Notes under the pieces: generated by a model
Databases searched by the model: none
What the model was told of the DNA's origin: nothing
Seen by the model: the letters and a program-made list of their open reading frames with translations, nothing else
In this document: positions 1 through 8,800 of the stretch, piece after piece
How the letters are laid out: every line of letters starts with the position of its first letter
How positions within the stretch are numbered: position 1 is the first letter of the stretch
Translations under genes and position numbers: made by a program
NCBI GenBank assembly: GCA_963676915.2
Contig: CAXXVK010000067.1
Span: 183,912 to 247,911 of the forward strand
From: Myxococcota bacterium
Lineage (GTDB): Bacteria > Myxococcota_A > SURF-8 > G963663525
Reading direction: 5' to 3'
DNA length: 64,000 bases

Positions 1-1
1 C

Positions 2-109
2 CATATTTCGGATCTTGGCAAATGGTTTCTTGCCTACAACATGCTGATCGGTCGTTTGGAGATGTTTTCCGCTCTCGTGATTTTCTACCCGTCGTTTTGG
101 AGCAAGTGA
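2..109 (+). CDS. trkH: TrkH-family potassium uptake permease, C-terminal end (partial, runs off window)
   Basis: Frame 2 reads HISDLGKWFLAYNMLIGRLEMFSALVIFYPSFWSK*; MLxGRLE followed by P-x-FW is the typical TrkH C-terminus. Confidence 0.8.
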   Translation, partial: HISDLGKWFLAYNMLIGRLEMFSALVIFYPSFWSK

Positions 110-150
110 TACTCTTTTGCCGTGCGGCTATTGTCAAATGAGAAGGTAAG

Positions 151-1284
151 ATGGTTGATCAGCTCGAAAATAGTGAGAATAAAGTGAATGATAAAAGATT
201 CCATTGGGTGGACAATCTTCGGAGTTTCATGGTGTTTCTTGTCGTCGTGGGACATGGAAGCGTTGTTTATGAGCGATACGCGATGGGGACCGATTGGTGG
301 ATCGTAGTCGATCCTGCGGGGAATGATTTTCCTGGAATTTTATATCTGATTTTGAATATTTTCGTTATTGCGACTCTTTTCTTTGTTTCTGGATTTCTGG
401 CAATCCGTTCGCTAGAGCAGAAGATCGCTAGGGACTATATCTACGCCAAATTCAAACGTCTGATAATTCCTTGGTTTATTGCTGTTTTAACCTTGATTCC
501 AATCTATAAGATGATTTTTTTATATTCGCGAGGGATGCCTCAGGAGAATTGGATAAACTATTTTCATTGGAATTCCATCTGGAGTCAAAATTGGCTTTGG
601 TTTCTACCTGTCCTGTTTTTATTCGATATCGTTTTTCTTGGTCTTTCAAAGCTTCCTGTCCAGTGGACCTGGGTAACAATGAGGCGTGGGATATGGATTG
701 CCATCCTTTTGTGCGTGATGGTTAGTTTTTCCATGGACTTTTTGGGTCTGCACGGTTGGACAAAGACCATCCTTGTCGACTTCCAGAATGAACGATTATT
801 CCTCTATTTCGTTGCTTATCTAATGGGAGCTTTAAGCTTTAAACAAAATGTATTTTGGGGGGATTGGAAACATAAAAAAATGGACCTTATTCTCCATTGT
901 ACGGGTTGGATTCCTATCAATCTGTATTTGTTCATGTTGATCTATTCACTGATAAAACCTGATTCGCCCCTTATTTCCCAGATGTTTGATACGCTACTCT
1001 TGAGGATAAACTTCGTCTTGGCGTTCGCCTATTTGATCTACGCAATGACGGTAAGTTTTAAACGGTATGTAGACAGAAAAGGAAGTATTTTAAACGAGAT
1101 AAATGCAAATTCCTATGGTGTATACATCATTCACGTTGTTGTAATTGGTTTCATGGCGCTGGCTTTGCGGGATACAGGTCTTCCGTCTTTGATGAAATTG
1201 TTTCTGACGGTTGTCGTAACCTATTTGGTAAGTAATTTGTCTGTTTCTTTCTACAAGCGATTCATAGTGCGTACGTTTTCGTAA
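151..1284 (+). CDS. Acyltransferase family 3 (OpgC/MdoC-like) integral membrane O-acyltransferase
   Basis: N-terminal R.HWVDNLR...GH, LFFVSGF, KFKRLIIP, WLWFLPVLF and SYGVYIIH motifs; about 10 hydrophobic segments. Confidence 0.85.
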   Translation: MVDQLENSENKVNDKRFHWVDNLRSFMVFLVVVGHGSVVYERYAMGTDWWIVVDPAGNDFPGILYLILNIFVIATLFFVSGFLAIRSLEQKIARDYIYAKFKRLIIPWFIAVLTLIPIYKMIFLYSRGMPQENWINYFHWNSIWSQNWLWFLPVLFLFDIVFLGLSKLPVQWTWVTMRRGIWIAILLCVMVSFSMDFLGLHGWTKTILVDFQNERLFLYFVAYLMGALSFKQNVFWGDWKHKKMDLILHCTGWIPINLYLFMLIYSLIKPDSPLISQMFDTLLLRINFVLAFAYLIYAMTVSFKRYVDRKGSILNEINANSYGVYIIHVVVIGFMALALRDTGLPSLMKLFLTVVVTYLVSNLSVSFYKRFIVRTFS

Positions 1285-1299
1285 AGTCGGTCTATTTCA

Positions 1300-1323
1300 G
1301 CCCGACATCAGGCAATGTCGGGC
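1300..1323. terminator. Hairpin after the acyltransferase gene
   Basis: gcccgacat-caggca-atgtcgggc, perfect 9-bp stem; no strong U-tail. Confidence 0.5.
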
Positions 1324-1360
1324 AAGAAATAATATTCAAGCAAAACAACCTGAACAAACG

Positions 1361-1392
1361 AAAAACCGCGTCGGATCGTGGTTCCGACGCGG
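1361..1392 (-). terminator. Rho-independent terminator of the parA/lipoprotein unit
   Basis: ccgcgtcgga-N7-tccgacgcgg stem; adjacent A5 gives a U-tail on the minus strand. Confidence 0.7.
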
Positions 1393-1450
1393 CTTCCCTG
1401 TTCGACTTCGGTATCGGAATCTACCATTCGATGCCGTTCGAACGTTCTCG

Positions 1451-1990
1451 TTACTCGCAGCCGATTTCGGCGGAGAAGTTGAACTCCATCGCCTCGAAAT
1501 CGGTAATATAAACGCCACCCGTACCCGGCTTGTAGTTATAGCCCTTGGTGGCGACGAGTTCGCTGGTTCCATCGAAATAATAGATCGTATTGGAGCTTTG
1601 GCCGACCGGTTGAATGTCGGTTACGTCTGCCCCGTATTCATCGAGAGTGTCGGTGATGTAAGCCGCAATTGTGAGCTTGTACTGTTTCACACCGGCTTCT
1701 TCGGACGTGGGTTCGATCGCGTTGGGAGGAGCACCTTGCACGTGGACTTCGTAGGTTGTTTCTCCTTCATTGGTTACGGCATACGCCGAGGCGATGGCGA
1801 TACGCTGGTTGTTACCCGTTCCGTAAAAAATCACGGCAAGGTTTTCGGTCTGTTGGTTGACCAGGCATCCACCCAGTTTTCCGCTGAACGTGAATTCATT
1901 GACGACCGTTTCGCTGTCGTCGCCACAGCCGAAACAAGAGATGATTCCCAACAACAGAACGAGCAATGAAAAGATGTGTCGTGGTTTCAT
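1451..1990 (-). CDS. Lipoprotein of unknown function
   Basis: MKPRHIFSLLVLLLGIISCFG-C signal II/lipobox followed by GDDS; GGAGGA RBS upstream of ATG at 1990. Confidence 0.7.
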   Translation of the reverse strand: MKPRHIFSLLVLLLGIISCFGCGDDSETVVNEFTFSGKLGGCLVNQQTENLAVIFYGTGNNQRIAIASAYAVTNEGETTYEVHVQGAPPNAIEPTSEEAGVKQYKLTIAAYITDTLDEYGADVTDIQPVGQSSNTIYYFDGTSELVATKGYNYKPGTGGVYITDFEAMEFNFSAEIGCE

Positions 1991-2025
1991 GAAGTTCCTC
2001 CAATATTTCGATAGATCTTGAAGAC

Positions 2026-2820
2026 TTAGATCGTTTCCGACCGTTGTGACATTTGCAAGCGCTTGTAGAGGTCCAGGCTTACTTCTTCCAGCATTTGAGC
2101 GCCGTTGCATCGGGGATCGTAATCCCAGATCGTTTGACCGTGACTCTGGGCTTCGTCGATACGCACGTTGATGCGTACCAGTGTATCCGCCGCTTCACGG
2201 GGAAAATGTGCTCGCAGGCGCTCGATGATTTCGTCCGCCAAGCGTGTGCGACGGTACATCATCGGAACCACCAGCGTCAACTTGGGTTTCGATTCGGGGT
2301 GTTTTTCGCGGGTTTCTCGAATGGTATCGAGGATTTCCGCGCATCCGTCGAGAGACAGATAGGTTGGTGCAACAGGCACCACGATATCGGTAGCCGCAAC
2401 CATGATGTTGCGGGTTATCAACCCGAGCGATGGGGGAGAGTCGATAAAAACGTAATGATACTCAAGGGGTTTTAAGCGTTCGAGCAACTGTACGAGTTTC
2501 AGCTCCCGATCTTTGTAGCGTGCCATGCGTTCGGGATATTCGGACAGTTTTTTTCCCGCGCAGATGACATCCAAACCTTCCACATGGGTAGGCATCAGAG
2601 CTTCGGCTAGTTTCGAACGCTGGTTCATCAACAAATCGGCGGAAGTGGACTGCAACAGGCGGGTATTGAAGCCCAACGATTTACCGGCGTGCCCCTGGGA
2701 ATCGAGATCCAGCAGCAGCACACGTTTCTTTTTGAACCGGGCGAAATAGGAACTGAAATTCACGGCAAGGGTGGTTTTTCCCGTTCCCCCTTTTTCGTTG
2801 ATAATGGCGATGACGCGCAT
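2026..2820 (-). CDS. ParA/Soj-family ATPase (orphan, no parB adjacent)
   Basis: Deviant Walker A NEKGGTGKTT, LLLDLDSQG, IDSPPSLG, RINVRIDEAQSHG. Confidence 0.92.
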   Translation of the reverse strand: MRVIAIINEKGGTGKTTLAVNFSSYFARFKKKRVLLLDLDSQGHAGKSLGFNTRLLQSTSADLLMNQRSKLAEALMPTHVEGLDVICAGKKLSEYPERMARYKDRELKLVQLLERLKPLEYHYVFIDSPPSLGLITRNIMVAATDIVVPVAPTYLSLDGCAEILDTIRETREKHPESKPKLTLVVPMMYRRTRLADEIIERLRAHFPREAADTLVRINVRIDEAQSHGQTIWDYDPRCNGAQMLEEVSLDLYKRLQMSQRSETI

Positions 2821-2850
2821 GGTTCGTGGTCCCCGTTTACGGTCCGAAGA

Positions 2851-3240
2851 TCAGGATTTCTCCGGCGTGGCTTTGGTTTTGGCCTTGGTCTTGGTTTTTC
2901 GAACGGTTTTCGGTTTTCCCAGTTTGTCGAGTTTTTCCAGAACGAGATCGAGTTTTCCGTCCATTTCCGCCAGACGTTCTTCGATCGCGTAGAGTTGTTC
3001 GCCCAATTCCTCGTGCTCGGCTTGCAGTGTTTCCACATCTTCCTTGGCGGCGATGGGAAGGCGTTCCAAAGCATTTTGCAACTTGGATTCGAATTGATTC
3101 CTTGCTTCCAAGGAAGTCGTAATCACGCGCTGTACGCCGTTGCGAAAATGTTCGTTGCCCAGGAGCAGGGCTGCCATCGACCCGACCCATTCGGACGTGG
3201 CCTGAAAAACGTCGGAGTCGGACGACTTGTTGGAATCCAT
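2851..3240 (-). CDS. Small coiled-coil protein with Lys/Thr/Ala-rich C-tail (phasin-like)
   Basis: LERLPIAAKEDVETL followed by heptad-like region and tail KTVRKTKTKAKTKATPEKS; 30 bp upstream of parA. Confidence 0.65.
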   Translation of the reverse strand: MDSNKSSDSDVFQATSEWVGSMAALLLGNEHFRNGVQRVITTSLEARNQFESKLQNALERLPIAAKEDVETLQAEHEELGEQLYAIEERLAEMDGKLDLVLEKLDKLGKPKTVRKTKTKAKTKATPEKS

Positions 3241-3484
3241 AGCACCACCATCAACAGGGAGTAAAAAATCGTGGGGAGTATGGCATTTTTTAAAAGGTGC
3301 GGCAAGGAAATTACGAGAATCGCCCGAACCGGCGGTGGAAAATTTAAAAACTTCGATATCTTACCTGTACCATTTGCAACATGTTGAAATAAAAGCTTTA
3401 TTTCTCTCTTGGAGAAGAGAGGCAGAATGCGTGGGAAAGCGGTTGTTCGAACCTTCCTTTCCGATTCCCTGTTGCGTGATGGTT

Positions 3485-5845
3485 TCACGGAAGAGTAACG
3501 GAACAATCGGGGGGATTGGGAGCGGAAAGCTTCCAGCGACCTTTTACAGGGCGGATGAGGATCGAACCTTGCTCGTTGGTTTGCCAGAGACAGACGGAAA
3601 GACTGCGTAGAGTTTCGTGGGTTGCTTGGGGGATTTTGTATTCGGGGGTGCTGTTCGAAATTACAGCAACATGTTTTGCACCGGTTCGTTCGATAATGGC
3701 GCGAAAAGTTGCGCTATGGACCGGTTGTGTCAGCACGACAATCTCGGCCCGCACATTATCGGGGAGATGTTGCCAAAAGCGAACGTCTGTTCTTTCTGGG
3801 TGCGGCACGAAAAGCAGACCGTTGGTTTTCAACCCGAAACGGATGAGTCCTAGCCGGAGAGGGGGCGAGTCCGTGGGGTAAAATTCCACCTGCACGGTTG
3901 CTGGTGGCCACTTGGGAGTGATCTGCTGCCGACGGGTTTGTGTGCCTCCAAGGCTCAGAAATCCGGAGGGTATCTCTTCGAGCAGGGGTTCGGGGATGCC
4001 GTCCGGGGTTTGTGACAAAGAATACAGCCATCCGAGATTTCGAATTCCACGATGACGCAAGTAAGGGACGATCACACGCTCGTTTTCTTCCGTACTTGTT
4101 TCCACGAACAGCCAAGGAGGATCTTCGTGCCATTCTACAAAGACCGCCGCTCCGCTTCGCAAGTGCAGTAGGCGTAAGGAAGCAGAATCGGCACGGGGAA
4201 AACCGCGTCCCGAGGCAAGTCCCATCGTCAGGAAGGCTAAAGCGACAAAAGAGAGAACGGGACGCTGCAAAATGCTCCAAAACAGAAAAAGTACACCATA
4301 CCAGAGGAAGACGAACCAATAAGGGATGGCCGGATGCCAACTGGAAGGCAGAACCTGCACCAGAGGTTCTTGCAACGTGATGGCTAGACGAACGGCTTCC
4401 GCTCCGATTTCGATCAGAGGAGCGGCGGTCGATCCGAACAGCATCCAGACGGTCAATCCAAGGGCGAACATTGGAAGCGCGGCCAGTGTGACCAGCGGTA
4501 CGGCAATGAGGTTGGCGAGAACACCCACCAAGGGAATCATGCCGAAACGCCAGGCGATGATCGGCAAGGTAGCGAGAAAGCAGACGAACGAACTGATCAA
4601 AATGGACAAAAAATACGTTCGAACGCGCAAAAGCAGTCGTTTGGCGGGAGAGTCTGTCGCCATGGGTAACGAGAGCGCATACAAGCGCCGAGGGATCATG
4701 GTCAAGATGGCCAGCACCGAAACGAAACTGAGTTGAAACGAGAGATCGAAAAGAGCCGAAGCGTCGAAAATCAGTATGATAAAAGCGGCGAGAAACAGGC
4801 TGTTTAGAGCATCCGAGCGACGAAGCAGAAGTTTCGAAAGCAGGTACGTGGTGACCATCACGCCCGCTCGTAATGTGGAAAGATGAAACCCGGCCAACGC
4901 AGCGTAGGTCCACAAAATAGGCAAAGTTACTCCGGCTGAAAGACGGTCGGCTTCACAATACATCAGCAATCGAGGGGCGAAGCGTAAAGATTGTCGAACC
5001 AGCAGAAAAACGAACAATGCAACAATACCCAGATGCAATCCGCTGATGGCCAGCAGGTGTGCGGTTCCTGCACGGGAAAACAGTTGCCTTACTTCCGGGT
5101 CGATGAATTTACGCATTCCGACCGTAAGAGCCAGAACCCAGCCGACATCTTCGGGAGCGAATCGTTTTTCGATGAATCGTGCAAATTCGCTGCGTCGCTG
5201 TGTAAGGAACGAGGAAAAAGGAGCCGGTTGGGTGGTATGCAGGGACCGAGCATCGCGAATATAAGCGGTAGCGAAAATGTCGCGTCGGCCAAGATAAGAG
5301 GCGTAGTCGAATGCTCCCGGATTTCCTTCGCTGCGAACCGGCCGCAGGCGGGCATCGAAGCGGATGCGTTCGCCTCCCTTTTGCTCGGGTCCGGGAGATG
5401 CGACATACAAAAGCAATTTCCCATTGCATGGCGTGGGTCGGTTGTCTGAGAGGAAGCAGGTTTCGACATCGACAAGAACGTGCCAGCTTTTCCGGGCTTT
5501 TTCAGGAGAGCCGTTAATGCGGCCTTCCAGTGTCAGATGATCCCCATGGGAATCGAGACAATGGATGTAATGGTTCTCTTGTGGTGGAAGATGATGCAGC
5601 AATCCCAGTTCGAAACCGAACGCGAAACCAAACAGAGCCAACCAACCGAGCGCGGCGATTGTGCGGCGTTTTCGCAGGCCGAACGGAATGGCAAGAACCA
5701 CCACCAACCCCAGGATTACCAGGGTTGGTGTGGAACTTTCGCAGCGGTCGCCTGCGACGATACCCGGGGCCATCGCCGAAACCAGTACGACGAGCGGGCG
5801 ACCCGATAGAGATTGAAAACGGTTATGCCACGAAGACAGCGGCAC
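3485..5845 (-). CDS. comEC: DNA internalization competence protein ComEC/Rec2
   Basis: NPGAFDY, GTAHLLAISGLH, LRAGVM, SFQLSF motifs; C-terminal degenerate metallo-beta-lactamase-like domain (QTNEQGSI). Confidence 0.9.
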   Translation of the reverse strand: MPLSSWHNRFQSLSGRPLVVLVSAMAPGIVAGDRCESSTPTLVILGLVVVLAIPFGLRKRRTIAALGWLALFGFAFGFELGLLHHLPPQENHYIHCLDSHGDHLTLEGRINGSPEKARKSWHVLVDVETCFLSDNRPTPCNGKLLLYVASPGPEQKGGERIRFDARLRPVRSEGNPGAFDYASYLGRRDIFATAYIRDARSLHTTQPAPFSSFLTQRRSEFARFIEKRFAPEDVGWVLALTVGMRKFIDPEVRQLFSRAGTAHLLAISGLHLGIVALFVFLLVRQSLRFAPRLLMYCEADRLSAGVTLPILWTYAALAGFHLSTLRAGVMVTTYLLSKLLLRRSDALNSLFLAAFIILIFDASALFDLSFQLSFVSVLAILTMIPRRLYALSLPMATDSPAKRLLLRVRTYFLSILISSFVCFLATLPIIAWRFGMIPLVGVLANLIAVPLVTLAALPMFALGLTVWMLFGSTAAPLIEIGAEAVRLAITLQEPLVQVLPSSWHPAIPYWFVFLWYGVLFLFWSILQRPVLSFVALAFLTMGLASGRGFPRADSASLRLLHLRSGAAVFVEWHEDPPWLFVETSTEENERVIVPYLRHRGIRNLGWLYSLSQTPDGIPEPLLEEIPSGFLSLGGTQTRRQQITPKWPPATVQVEFYPTDSPPLRLGLIRFGLKTNGLLFVPHPERTDVRFWQHLPDNVRAEIVVLTQPVHSATFRAIIERTGAKHVAVISNSTPEYKIPQATHETLRSLSVCLWQTNEQGSILIRPVKGRWKLSAPNPPDCSVTLP

Positions 5846-5848
5846 GGC

Positions 5849-8800
5849 TTAGCAAGCTTTGCGTTTTCTCAGTACAAAGAATCCAAGACCAACAAGCCAA
5901 AGCAGTATCCATCCCGCATGTGAGGGATTTGAAGCGCTCTGACATCCTCCAGCGGCACCGGAGGAAGGTTCGTCCTGGTCGGCGGAAGGAGGCTCCCACT
6001 TATCGCTTTCGCCGATGACGGGGGCGTCGTATTCCGTCGCGGTTTCGAAGTCGCTGTCCAGGTCGATTTCTTCTTCGGCCAATTCTTCAACTTCTGCAGC
6101 GCTGTCTTCAAGCTCGGCGAGATCCTCTTCGGGTTCGTCAAGGTCGTTTTCTTTCTCGATTTCTTCGTTATCGAAGTCGATATCGTCGATTTCTTCTTCC
6201 TCGATGTCGATTTCGTCCTCATCGCCATCGATTTCTTCTTCCTCGACCTGGCATTCCTCGCGAGTGACGGATAGCACGTATCCTCCGATTTCACGGCGGG
6301 AACAGGCCGTGGATGATTTGGAGTCGACGACGAGCAGCAGGTTTTCTTCGGTGTACGGTCCTTCGATACGGAAAGATTCGGTGCTGTTGAGTACCCCATC
6401 GGAGTGGTATGGCTCGATGCAATCCGCTTCACAGGTTTCTGCGATAGCGTACAGCGCTAGATCGTTGGCCGAGTCCACCAAAAGACGGACGTCGTAACAA
6501 TACCCACTCTCCAACGGCAAACGATAGAACACATCGTTTCCGGCTGTGGAACTTCGAGCACAGGGAACGTTGACTTCGATGTTGTTGGTATTATTGCATA
6601 AATGGCTGTCTTTCTGGAACGTTTGCGTAGCGTCATCGAAAATGACCAATGAGGGCGAGCTGCAGAGGTTTCCTGCAGAAGCCGCAATGCAGGTGCCGTT
6701 GTAACAGATCTTGCTCCCGGAAAGTTCCGGCTCGTCGCAGGGTTGACCGTTGGCTTTACTTTCTACAACACAGCCTGAAGACAGATCGCAATAGTAATTT
6801 GTCGTGCAGGGGTCGTCGTCCCGGCAGGCTTCGTCGTCGGGAACGTGCGTGACTTCTTCCAGATCCTCGTTGCATTCGTCGATCGTACAAGAGATACCGT
6901 CGGATACTTCTGGTGCAGGTTCGTGCAGGCAGCCTGTATCCGGGTTGCAGGTGTCCACTCCCGTACACCACAGCCCGTCGCTGCAACGAGCGTCGTCCGG
7001 TTCGTGCAGTACTGTGCCGAGGGTGTCGTCACATGAATCGATGGTGCAATAAATCTGGTCCGTGACTACGGGAACATCGATGTATTTTACGCAGCCTCGA
7101 CCATCGGCGTCTGCGGAATCGAAATCACAGATCTCCAGTCCATTGCAATAGAGTCCGTCATCGCACCATTCATCAACGGGTAAATGCCGGAAGTGGGGAG
7201 ATTCCGGGAAGCAACTGTCGTCGGTACAGGCGATACCGTCGTTTTCTACCGGTGGACGTCCCTGAACGCAGCCGGTGGCTAAAGCATTTTCGTTTGTCGG
7301 ATCGCAGGTTTCCTGTCCGTCGCAATAGTTACGGTTATCGCAATAATCGTCGCGTGGAGTATTTAGAACGACATTGTTCGCTTCATCACATACATCATCC
7401 GTGCAGTCGAAACCATCATCCACTTGAGGAACGGTGCCGACCTGACATCCCAACAACTCGTCACAGTATTCGCTACCATCGCAAAATTGTCCGTTATTGC
7501 ACACCGCGTGGTCCAGAATTCGACGGATTTCGTAGCCGGTTTCCGACGTGTCGGAGCGTACACAGATGTCCAATGTACAGTCTATGCCGTCATCGATGTC
7601 GTCGGGAGGGTCTATATTCAGGATGCAACCCGATTCCTCGTCATAATTTTCGGGGTCGAACTCATTGCTTTCGGGATAACTTGGGTCACATAGTTCACTG
7701 CCGTTGCAGGCGTTGTCATCGTCGCAATTGTCTTGATCATAAGGGACGTGAACCAGAACGTCGTTTTCTTCGTCGCAACTATCCCGTGTGCAGGACAATT
7801 CATCGTCGACAAAATCGCCTTCAAAGGCGATGCAACCGGCCGCATTGGCGAATTGGTCGGTTGGATCACAGATTTCCGGGCCATCGCAGAAGATTCCGTT
7901 GGAACAGTTTTCATCATTGTTGGAATGAAGAATCTGTCGGTCTTCCTCGACGCAGAAATCTTCCGTGCAATCCCATCCGTCGCTCATGTCCAGGGGGATT
8001 CCCGGCGTGCATCCCGCATCGTTGGCTTCTTCGGCTTCCGGGTCGCAGATTTCCGATCCGTTGCAGAACAGACCATCCTGGCAGGTTCGTGAGTCCGCTT
8101 CGTGTGTGATGATCTTGGCCGTTTCTTTACATGCGTCATACGTGCAGGAAAATCCGTCATCCAACTGTTGCGGGGGACCATCGATGCAGCCCAGAGAATC
8201 GTGACCATCTGCGTCCGGGTTGCAGCGCTCGTAGCCGTTGCAGAATACACCGTCGTAATTGATGCAATAAGTGTTGTTGGGTAAATGAACGACTTGCCCG
8301 TCTTCGTCCGGGGTTTCCACTCGGAGGTCGAACGTACAGGAAAATCCGTCGGAAAGCGTTGGTGGGGTATTGTTTTGGCACCCTGTCGTTGCACTGCAGG
8401 TTTCGACTCCGTTGGAATAGATTCCATCGTCGCAGATCGAGTCGTCCGGTTCGTGCTGACAGCCGTACCGTATATCGCAGCTGTCGATTGTGCAACGCTT
8501 GCCATCGTCGCAGGACAACGGATTGCCTGCTATGCAACCGTTTTCATCGGCGAATGGGCTGTCTTTGTTACAGCTTTCCGTTCCGTTGCATGGGTCATTG
8601 TCATCGCAGGTCCAGCGCGAACCGCTGACGCAGGACTCCTCCATTGCAAGTATCATTGAGAGTGCAAGGGTCGTCGTCGCTGCAACCGGGATTTCCCGGT
8701 GTAGCTTCCCCTCCCGAGCAAAGACCGAGACGGCAGGTTTCTCGGTAGGTACAGACATTGCTGTCGTCGCAGGCTTTTTCACAGTACTTGTTTCCTGCAA

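Noticed and set aside
3756-4913. 385-aa alternative-frame ORF inside comEC
   Set aside because: Arg/Ser-rich off-frame translation with no motifs.
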